64,000 nt of DNA. Origin: Methanobrevibacter sp. Lineage in GTDB: Archaea > Methanobacteriota > Methanobacteria > Methanobacteriales > Methanobacteriaceae. The notes beneath the pieces were generated by a model. The model was not told the DNA's origin. It worked only from the letters and a program-made list of their open reading frames with translations, and did not search any database. The stretch is taken from the NCBI RefSeq assembly GCF_017539065.1, contig NZ_JAFYHP010000009.1, positions 79,949 to 143,948 on the forward strand, given 5' to 3'. The translations under genes and the position numbers were made by a program. Positions 57,214-64,000 of the stretch are shown here, one piece after another (within the stretch, counting starts at the first letter, position 1; each line of letters opens with the position of its first letter).

Positions 57214-58134
57214 ATGGTAGACTATGTTATCGAAACAAACAATTTGTCAAAAATATATTCCAAAACCAAGGTTGTGAATTCCGTTAATATGCATGTTGAA
57301 AAAGGCAAGATTTACGGCCTTCTTGGAAAAAATGGAGCGGGAAAGACCACAACAATGTGCATGCTTCTTAATTTGACATATCCAAGCGGTGGTGAAATAT
57401 CTCTTTTTGGAAAAGACCCTAAAAAGTATCCAAAACAGATTTATCCAAAAATCGGCTCAATTATTGAGACTCCGGGATTTTATGAAAATCTAACAGCTTA
57501 TGAAAATTTAAAAATCATTTCTAGATTAAGGGGGAATTATAATCCTCAAAATATCAGACTGGTTCTTGAAATGGTTAATTTAAGCGATGCAAAATCAAAA
57601 AAATATAAGGATTTTTCATTAGGTATGAAGCAGCGTTTGGGAATCGCAGCAGCTATTATGCATAATCCCGAATTATTAATTCTGGATGAACCTATCAATG
57701 GGCTTGATCCTTTCGGAATTAAAGAAATTAGGGCATTGCTTAAAAGGTTGGCCCATGAATTCGGAATAACAATTCTAATTTCCAGCCACATTTTGAGTGA
57801 AATTGAAAACATTGCCGATGTCATCGGATTCATGGATGAGGGAGTTTTAATCGAAGAGATTTCAAAAGAGGAGTTGTATGGCAGATTGAACAAGTTTGTC
57901 GAATTTGAAGTATCCAACATAGATTTGGCGGTTGAAATTCTTAAAAAATTGGAACTTAAAGAAAATGTGGACTTTACATTTAATGATGATAGAGTTATAA
58001 ATTTATATTCTCATTTAGAATTGAGAGACAAACTCAATGCGCTGTTTGTTAAAGCGGGAATTGATGTAAAAAAAGTAAATTTATGTGAAGAAAACTTGGA
58101 AGACTTTTTTACAAGAGTCGTATCTAATAATTAA
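57214..58134 (+). CDS. ABC-2 type transporter ATPase (lantibiotic/bacitracin-immunity-like)
   Basis: ATG 57214 follows GGGAGA. Walker A GKNGAGKTT, signature SLGMKQRLGIA, Walker B LLILDEPINGLD. Confidence 0.85.
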   Translation: MVDYVIETNNLSKIYSKTKVVNSVNMHVEKGKIYGLLGKNGAGKTTTMCMLLNLTYPSGGEISLFGKDPKKYPKQIYPKIGSIIETPGFYENLTAYENLKIISRLRGNYNPQNIRLVLEMVNLSDAKSKKYKDFSLGMKQRLGIAAAIMHNPELLILDEPINGLDPFGIKEIRALLKRLAHEFGITILISSHILSEIENIADVIGFMDEGVLIEEISKEELYGRLNKFVEFEVSNIDLAVEILKKLELKENVDFTFNDDRVINLYSHLELRDKLNALFVKAGIDVKKVNLCEENLEDFFTRVVSNN

Positions 58135-58143
58135 GGTGATTTG

Positions 58144-58869
58144 ATGTTAACTTTTATCGAAATGGAATTTTTAAAACTTAAAAGATCAAACATATTCTTA
58201 TTAAGTTTAATTGGAGCTATTTTGCCCCCATTATTGATGTTTATTGCAGTTTCTGCCTTTGGTGAGGGAAGCACTTTTGCCGTATTGTTCAGTAATGTGA
58301 ATATGTACATGTCAGCAATATTTGCGGTTCTTCTTTTTGCAATAATGATATCTTACTTATTCGGCAGGGAATATAATGAACATACTCTAAAAACAATGTT
58401 AACTATTCCAGTATCAAGAGGAAAATTCTTAATAAGTAAATATATAATGTTTTTAGTATGGATAGTGATTTTAACTGTAGTCACAACTCTTTCAACAGCC
58501 ATATTTGGTTTTGCTGCAGGTCTTGAAGGATTTAGTTTAAAATTATTCATTGATAGTTTTACCCAACTTTTGTTTGCGAATGGATTATTGTTTTTAACAT
58601 TCTCTCCATTCGTATTTGTTTCATTATTTGTTACAAATATGGTTCTGGCAATGGTTGGCGGTGCAGGTTTAACATTATTGAATTTGTTGATTTACGGTCA
58701 AAACTGGGCTCCATATGTGCCGTGGGTATGCCCATATCTAATCGCATCCGGTGAAATAGCAGACTACAGTGCAAGCATAACTGTATCTTATGGTATTATT
58801 TTACTCACTTTTGTGATTGGATTAATCATTTCATATCTTTACTTCACAAAAACTGATGTCAACCTTTAG
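58144..58869 (+). CDS. ABC-2 type transporter permease
   Basis: Six hydrophobic segments. The N-terminal EMEFLKLKRSNIFLLSLIGAILPP is typical of ABC-2 / immunity-type permeases. Confidence 0.75.
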   Translation: MLTFIEMEFLKLKRSNIFLLSLIGAILPPLLMFIAVSAFGEGSTFAVLFSNVNMYMSAIFAVLLFAIMISYLFGREYNEHTLKTMLTIPVSRGKFLISKYIMFLVWIVILTVVTTLSTAIFGFAAGLEGFSLKLFIDSFTQLLFANGLLFLTFSPFVFVSLFVTNMVLAMVGGAGLTLLNLLIYGQNWAPYVPWVCPYLIASGEIADYSASITVSYGIILLTFVIGLIISYLYFTKTDVNL

Positions 58870-58873
58870 GTTT

Positions 58874-58899
58874 TAGTCATCAAATGCTCTCTCTAACAT
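58874..58899 (+). promoter_or_regulatory. Conserved 26-nt promoter-proximal motif, copy C (TAGTCATCAAATGCTCTCTCTAACAT)
   Basis: About 45-70 nt upstream of ATG 58944, followed by the TATA-like TTTTAAATAG. 20/26 identical to copy B, with an identical 12-nt core TCAAATGCTCTC. Confidence 0.45.
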
Positions 58900-58943
58900 T
58901 TTAAATAGTTAAAAATCAAGAATACTAAATAGGATGTGATAAA

Positions 58944-59219
58944 ATGCATGATATTGAAAATCAAAAGTTCTGCCAGTCTTGTGCAATGCCGATGACAGAT
59001 GATGAACTCTTCGCAACCAATGCAGACGGATCTAAAAATGAGGATTACTGCATATACTGCTTTAAAGATGGAGAATTCACATCAGACAGGTCAATGGATG
59101 AAATGATGAATTTCTGCATTGATAAGATGTGTGAATGCCATCCGGAAATTGACAAGGCTGAAGCCGGTGCAAGGATGAATGAAGTTTTTCCTAAATTAAA
59201 AAGATGGGCGAATGATTAA
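58944..59219 (+). CDS. Small zinc-ribbon protein
   Basis: FCQSCAMPM ... YCIYCFKDGEF pattern of the 'putative zinc ribbon' family. 91 aa. Confidence 0.65.
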   Translation: MHDIENQKFCQSCAMPMTDDELFATNADGSKNEDYCIYCFKDGEFTSDRSMDEMMNFCIDKMCECHPEIDKAEAGARMNEVFPKLKRWAND

Positions 59220-59283
59220 TTGGCTCACTTTTTTCTTTTTCTTTTTTTAAGTTTTAAGTATTATTAATTTGTAATATTATATC

Positions 59284-60732
59284 ATGTGTTCAATAGTTGG
59301 CCTTCAAGGTAATGTTAAAGCAGATGATATTGTTAAAATGTTAAAGGTCTCTAAAAATAGGGGTCCGGATTCATCAGGCATCTTTTTAGATGAAGTTTAC
59401 ACTGACATTGACTTAGATGAATTTGAAGATGATAATTCTTATCCTATTGCTTTTGGCCATAATTTACTTTCCATTTATGATTTGAATGATAGGATTTCCA
59501 AGCCACAGCCGGTATCAAATGGGAATCTTACTTTGGTTTTCAATGGGGAAATCTATAATTTTAAAACAATCACCAATCTGCTTTCAAGAGTTGGGGTCGA
59601 AAAGGAAATATTGTCTGATGCGGAAGCCCTACTTTACTTAATCGAATGTTATAACAAAGGAGACATTGTAAAAGCTATTCAGATGGCAACTAAACTGATT
59701 GATGGAGATTATGCATTTGCTGTTTGGGACGGTGAAAACCTTGCCATTGCCCGCGATCCACTTGGAGTCAAACCGCTATTCTATGCACAAAATGATGATT
59801 TGAAGGGATTTGCATCCACCAAACATTCATTAATGGAAGTCGGTTTTGACGAAATTGAAACTTTAAAGCCGGAACACATCCTATTTAACTGGAATGATAT
59901 AGCCCCAGCACAACCAATTTATGAAAAAATATTTGAAGGCGATGTAGCTAAAATAGACAAGCTGTTAAAGTTAAGTGTTGTTAAAAGAATCGATGGATTA
60001 ACAGAGGTCGGTGTAATATTTTCAGGGGGTCTTGACAGTTCATATCTGGCACTCCTTCTAAAAGAGATTTCAGAAAATATTCCATTAAAAATAACCCTTT
60101 ATGCAGTCGGAGCTGAAGGTTCACAGGATATAGATTCAGCGATATATGCATCAAAATTCCTTAATCTGGATTTAAAAATCTGTGAAGTCACAGAAGAACT
60201 GGTACGTGAAAGCCTGCCTCATGTTGTAAATGCAATAGGTGATGACAACCTCATGAAAGTGGGTGTCGGAATGACCACTTACCTTGCAACAAAAATGGTG
60301 GCGGAAGATGGAATAAAGGTTGCAATCTCAGGTCAAGGTGCAGATGAGCTATTTGGAGGATATAAACGCTATCTGAAAAGTTTTGTAGATGATACATTAA
60401 ATTATGACATCCGCGAGGATATTTCAAACATGTATCATGTCAACCTGGAACGCGATGACGCATGTTCAATGCTTAATTCTGTTGAATTAAGATTGCCTTT
60501 TTTAGATAAAAATCTGGTTTTATTGGCATTAAATATTCCAGACAATAAAAAGATTGTGTCCATGCATGACGATATGCGCAAGAGTATTTTAAGAAAGATA
60601 GCTTTTGAAGAGGGTCTTGATTACGAAATAGCTTACAGGCCTAAAAAAGCGGCTCAATATGGAACTGGCATCGATAAGATTTTGAGAAAGAAAATCCTTA
60701 AGGATACTGATATTTCAGAATTTTTAGATTAA
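59284..60732 (+). CDS. Asparagine synthase (glutamine-hydrolysing)-like amidotransferase
   Basis: N-terminal nucleophile Cys2 (MCSIVG). PP-loop SGGLDSS. C-terminal synthetase-domain features. Confidence 0.8.
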   Translation: MCSIVGLQGNVKADDIVKMLKVSKNRGPDSSGIFLDEVYTDIDLDEFEDDNSYPIAFGHNLLSIYDLNDRISKPQPVSNGNLTLVFNGEIYNFKTITNLLSRVGVEKEILSDAEALLYLIECYNKGDIVKAIQMATKLIDGDYAFAVWDGENLAIARDPLGVKPLFYAQNDDLKGFASTKHSLMEVGFDEIETLKPEHILFNWNDIAPAQPIYEKIFEGDVAKIDKLLKLSVVKRIDGLTEVGVIFSGGLDSSYLALLLKEISENIPLKITLYAVGAEGSQDIDSAIYASKFLNLDLKICEVTEELVRESLPHVVNAIGDDNLMKVGVGMTTYLATKMVAEDGIKVAISGQGADELFGGYKRYLKSFVDDTLNYDIREDISNMYHVNLERDDACSMLNSVELRLPFLDKNLVLLALNIPDNKKIVSMHDDMRKSILRKIAFEEGLDYEIAYRPKKAAQYGTGIDKILRKKILKDTDISEFLD

Positions 60733-61056
60733 AAAGGATAATTTCCGGATAAGTGTATATATCTGCCAAATCAATTTCATATTCTATGTTTCCAATGAAT
60801 TTTGGATTATAGTTTACTTTTTGGCTTTTTTCAAAGGTTTTTCATATAATTTTATTTTAACATTGATTGATTAACTTTTGTATTTTATTGAATTTTGTTA
60901 ACATTGAGTATAAGTCTTGTTTTATGTAAATATGTCGATGTATGTCTTATTTTCATGTTTGAAGTAATAGTTGTATGGCTTTGTAAAATTGTCTTCATTT
61001 ATAAGCAAAATTACTTAAATGATGGAGTATAATCTATTATTTGGTTATAAGTTTGT

Positions 61057-61160
61057 ATATTGTCGAGCGTATTCGACAATTACATTAACTTCAAATATAT
61101 TGTCGATTGTACTCTACAATTGTATAAAAATTATTATTTTTGTAGAATGTAGTCGACAAA
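61057..61160 (+). promoter_or_regulatory. Cluster of ATTGTCGA half-sites and palindromes upstream of the ATPase gene
   Basis: Perfect palindrome ATTGTCGA-N6-TCGACAAT at 61059-61080. A second ATATTGTCGA at 61097-61106, overlapping ATTGTA-CTC-TACAAT (61106-61120). Reverse half-site GTCGACAA at 61152-61159, just before the TATA-like ATTTATATATTTTA. Confidence 0.5.
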
Positions 61161-61213
61161 ATTTATATATTTTAAAATACAAAAATTCAATTAAGATATT
61201 GTGCGGTGAAAAA

Positions 61214-62422
61214 ATGATTAAAAGGGAATTATACTTAAACCAAATCGAAAGAATGATAGATAAGGAACCTGTCAAAATCATAACCGGCGTTAGAAGAAGC
61301 GGCAAGACATACTTACTTAAAAGCATTCAGGAAGAGCTTGAAAACCGTGGAATAAAAAAGGAAAACATATTCCTGATATCATTCGAATCAATGAAATACA
61401 ACAAGATAGAAAACTTCAAACAGCTCGACGAATGCATAATGAACCTGACCGAAAACACAAAAGGCAAAGTCTACCTATTATTTGATGAAATACAAAATGT
61501 GGAAAACTGGGAAAAAAGCATAAACGCATGCAGAGTGGACCTTGACTGCGATATCTACATTACAGGATCCAACTCAGAACTATTATCCGGCGAAATGGCA
61601 ACACTCATATCAGGCAGATACTACCAGATAAACATCTACCCCTTCTCATTCGCCGAATTCATACAATACAAAAAGGAAATAGAAAAAACAGACACCAGTG
61701 ACTTGGAGGAACTGTTTAAAGAGTATGTGGAATATGGCGGAATGCCACCAATACAGCAGGTTGCAGCACAAGACAAATATTCCTACTTAAGCGACATATA
61801 CAATACAATACTTCTAAAAGACATCGTAACAAGACACAACATAAGAAACACTGACATGCTAAACCGCATACTCGACTATGTAATAATGAACCTGGCAAAA
61901 AACTTCTCAGCCGGAAACATCGCCAGATACATTAAACACGAAAGAAGAAAAATATCAAAGGACACAATACTCGACTATCTTCTATACTCCAAAAACGCAT
62001 GCTTCATACACCAGGCACCAAGAGAAGACATAAAAGGAAAAAAAGTACTCAAGCACAATGAAAAATACTTCCTGGTTGATCATGGATTTTACCAGGCAAA
62101 ATACGGAGAAATAGAAAACATGGGCTCAATCCTTGAAAACATAGTCTACATAGAGCTGCTCAGAAGAGGATATGACGTAAAAATAGGAATGATAAACGAT
62201 AAGGAAATAGATTTCGTCTGCACCAGGGACAAAGAAAAAATCTACATTCAGGTAACCTATCAATTGGAAAGTGATAAAACAATAGAGAGGGAATTTTCAG
62301 GACTTGCAAAAATCAACGACAACTTCGACAAATATGTCTTGAGCATGGACAAAATGGATTTTTCAGGAAGCGGACTGAAACACAGAAACATCATAGACTT
62401 TCTAACATCAGATTATATATAA
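61214..62422 (+). CDS. COG1373-type AAA ATPase with C-terminal DUF4143 (restriction-endonuclease-like) domain
   Basis: ATG 61214 follows GGTGA. Walker A GVRRSGKT, Walker B YLLFDEIQ. C-terminal EIDFVCTRDKEKIYIQVTY. Codon and base composition visibly differ from the neighbouring genes. Confidence 0.85.
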   Translation: MIKRELYLNQIERMIDKEPVKIITGVRRSGKTYLLKSIQEELENRGIKKENIFLISFESMKYNKIENFKQLDECIMNLTENTKGKVYLLFDEIQNVENWEKSINACRVDLDCDIYITGSNSELLSGEMATLISGRYYQINIYPFSFAEFIQYKKEIEKTDTSDLEELFKEYVEYGGMPPIQQVAAQDKYSYLSDIYNTILLKDIVTRHNIRNTDMLNRILDYVIMNLAKNFSAGNIARYIKHERRKISKDTILDYLLYSKNACFIHQAPREDIKGKKVLKHNEKYFLVDHGFYQAKYGEIENMGSILENIVYIELLRRGYDVKIGMINDKEIDFVCTRDKEKIYIQVTYQLESDKTIEREFSGLAKINDNFDKYVLSMDKMDFSGSGLKHRNIIDFLTSDYI

Positions 62423-62424
62423 TT

Positions 62425-62464
62425 GTGTTTAAAAGAGTTTTTTAACTAATGACTCTTTAAACAC
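62425..62464 (+). terminator. Long stem-loop after the ATPase gene
   Basis: GTGTTTAAAAGAGT (62425-62438) pairs with ACTCTTTAAACAC (62452-64), with one bulged A. Confidence 0.5.
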
Positions 62465-62635
62465 CATTGTATTGGGCGATACGCTATGTTTCCACTAACA
62501 TAAGGTTGATAATTAAATAGTTATTTTTTTCATATTCCATTTTTCAAAGTCAGATAGTTAGGTTCATAAAATATCAGTTTTTATATAATCACTTTCAAAA
62601 TTTAGAAAATCCATATTTTTCATATGGTGATTTTC

Positions 62636-63622
62636 ATGAAAAACGAATTAATCAATCTAATAAAAACTAAAATGGGACCTCATTTAACTGAAATTCAAAT
62701 ATATGAACTTAACAGAAATCTTAAGATAATCTTGAATGATTTTGAAGTGGTTAAAATTAATAAATTTGACGAATCAAAAGAAAATCATGAGTTATTGATG
62801 TCTTTTCTTTCAGCCAAAGAAATTGAGGGATGTTCTAAAAAAACCATTACTTATTATAGAAATACAATTTTAAAAATGCTTGATAAAATCAATTTAAAAA
62901 TTGAGGACATCACCACTGATGATTTAAGAAAATATTTGGCTGACTATAAAAATCAAAGCAATGCATCCAAATCAACAATCGATAACATCAGGCGAGTTCT
63001 ATCAAGTTTTTTCAGCTGGCTTGAGGATGAGGATTACATCCCTAAAAATCCCGTTAGAAGGATTCACAGAATCAAGACCAAAAACGTCGTTAAGGAGGTC
63101 ATAAGTGATGAGAATTTTGAAGTCTTAAGAGACCACTGCAATAACATAAGGGACTTGGCAATAATTGAGCTTTTAGCATCAACCGGTATACGTGTAGGTG
63201 AACTGGTGAACCTTAATATTGATGACGTTCTGTTTAATGAAAGGGAGTGCATCGTATTGGGCAAAGGTGAGTCTGAACGTATAGTTTATTTTGACGCAAA
63301 AACAAAAATTCACCTGCAAAAATATCTGGAGTCTAGAGATGACAACAATCCTGCCCTTTTTGTATCAATCAAAAAACCTCACATCAGGCTTGGAATCACT
63401 GGAGTTGAAAAAAGAATGCGCAAACTCGGTCGTGAATCTGATATTAAAAGAATACATCCCCATAAGTTTAGAAGAACAATGGCAACCAAGGCAATAGATA
63501 AGGGAATGCCGATTGAACAGGTTCAAAAATTATTGGGACATGTGCAGATTGATACTACCATGCAATATGCTATGGTAAATCAGAGCAATGTAAAAATATC
63601 TCATAGGAAATATATCGGATGA
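62636..63622 (+). CDS. Tyrosine recombinase / phage-type integrase (XerC/D-like)
   Basis: ATG 62636 follows GGTGA (alternative ATG 62624). N-terminal SAM-like core-binding domain. Catalytic-domain motifs ASTGIRVGEL, HPHKFRRTMAT, LLGHVQIDTTMQY. Confidence 0.9.
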   Translation: MKNELINLIKTKMGPHLTEIQIYELNRNLKIILNDFEVVKINKFDESKENHELLMSFLSAKEIEGCSKKTITYYRNTILKMLDKINLKIEDITTDDLRKYLADYKNQSNASKSTIDNIRRVLSSFFSWLEDEDYIPKNPVRRIHRIKTKNVVKEVISDENFEVLRDHCNNIRDLAIIELLASTGIRVGELVNLNIDDVLFNERECIVLGKGESERIVYFDAKTKIHLQKYLESRDDNNPALFVSIKKPHIRLGITGVEKRMRKLGRESDIKRIHPHKFRRTMATKAIDKGMPIEQVQKLLGHVQIDTTMQYAMVNQSNVKISHRKYIG

Positions 63623-63678
63623 TATTTCTTAAAATAGTTAAGATTATAACTATTAGGTTTATGGACTTGTTACTATGG

Positions 63679-63698
63679 ATTGTGTGACTTGACACAAT
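63679..63698 (+). promoter_or_regulatory. 7-bp inverted repeat downstream of the integrase gene
   Basis: ATTGTGT-N6-ACACAAT. It has the same ATTGT...ACAAT architecture and 6-nt spacer as the palindrome at 61059-61080. Confidence 0.3.
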
Positions 63699-63976
63699 TC
63701 ATTATTTTAATATTATTTAATTAATAACTTAATTTTTTTTTTATCTGTTCTTTTCACAGTAAAGTTTATATAAGATGTTTTTTTCACGACAATTTTACAA
63801 AGTGGCTTCAACAAGCTTTAAATTCTGTATTGAACAATTTAATTATAGTTAAAAAGCCTTCAAAAATATGTAGGGGGTAGATAAATATGTTGTTTAATAG
63901 ATATTTATTTGCTAATTGTAGCAGTTTTTCCATACGCTGTTATGGTGTTCCCTCATTTCATCTCTTGGGGGTGAAA

Positions 63977-64000
63977 ATGGTGGAGATAATTATCTTCATG
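63977..64000 (+). CDS. Possible 5' end of a CDS cut by the window edge
   Basis: ATG 63977 follows GGGGGTGA (63967-63974). Only 8 codons are visible. Confidence 0.25.

Larger units (their letters stand above)
61057..64000. mobile_element. Possible edge of an integrated element (integrase + COG1373 ATPase); boundaries not determined
   Basis: An integrase gene, an accessory ATPase with deviating composition, and palindromic sites. No att repeats or tRNA target could be established, and the element may continue beyond the window. Confidence 0.3.

Noticed and set aside
61019-61213. N-terminal 65-codon extension of the ATPase ORF (track start 61019).
   Set aside because: The extension covers palindromic operator-like sites and a TATA-like box. 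The conserved family N-terminus (MIKRELYLNQIE...) starts at ATG 61214, which has a GGTGA SD.
60785-62493. 11-nt direct repeat CTATGTTTCCA at 60785-60795 and 62483-62493, flanking the ATPase gene; considered as a possible att site or target-site duplication.
   Set aside because: It is short enough to arise by chance in AT-rich DNA. It also brackets only the ATPase and leaves the integrase outside, which does not fit a simple integrase-mediated insertion. It would need comparison with an empty site.

Overview
AT-rich archaeal chromosomal segment. The gene content fits a Methanobrevibacter-type methanogen (inference): an Sm protein + L37e pair, an ArfB-like creatininase homolog, MetX-CBS and MetY, and many adhesin-like proteins (ALPs) with GGAxY / beta-helix repeats. 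About 55 protein genes are supported. I saw no rRNA, tRNA or CRISPR array. Layout: (i) 1-15.3 kb is mixed housekeeping and accessory: a partial AKR/Fe-S oxidoreductase, two tandem paralogous HD-domain + RyR-repeat giants, DUF89, TPR, SDR, a heterodimeric ABC exporter, a TacT-like GNAT plus a small downstream ORF, a DUF169-like gene and MetY. (ii) 15.5-46 kb is a surface-protein island with eight ALP genes, a DUF1002-like protein, an acidic tandem-repeat protein and a zinc-ribbon membrane protein. It is interrupted by a minus-strand block: a BtuFCD/FepBCD-like ABC importer, an FmdE-like protein and a DUF2162-like / ExbB(MotA)-like / DUF2149-like trio. (iii) 46-55 kb is mostly housekeeping: an LbH acyltransferase followed by three rubredoxin-type mini-genes absent from the ORF track, YigZ, ArfB-like, PUA, Sm, L37e, a bacterial-type RNase III coupled to MetX-CBS, and PAP2. 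This stretch also holds an orphan Panacea/DUF4065 gene and two orphan small genes. (iv) 55-59 kb holds an XRE regulator, two DUF4013-like membrane paralogs and an ABC-2 transporter. (v) 59-64 kb holds an AsnB-like gene, then a COG1373-type AAA ATPase/DUF4143 and a tyrosine recombinase, probably the edge of an integrated element. The best candidates for undescribed biology are the HD-RyR gene pair, near-cognate codons (ATT/ATA/ATC/ACG) sitting where start codons are expected in five genes, a conserved 26-nt promoter-proximal motif upstream of three unrelated small genes, the ExbB-like trio next to an ABC importer in a cell without an outer membrane, and a GNAT toxin-like gene without the canonical upstream antitoxin. 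All family assignments come from motif recognition by eye and need HMM or BLAST confirmation.
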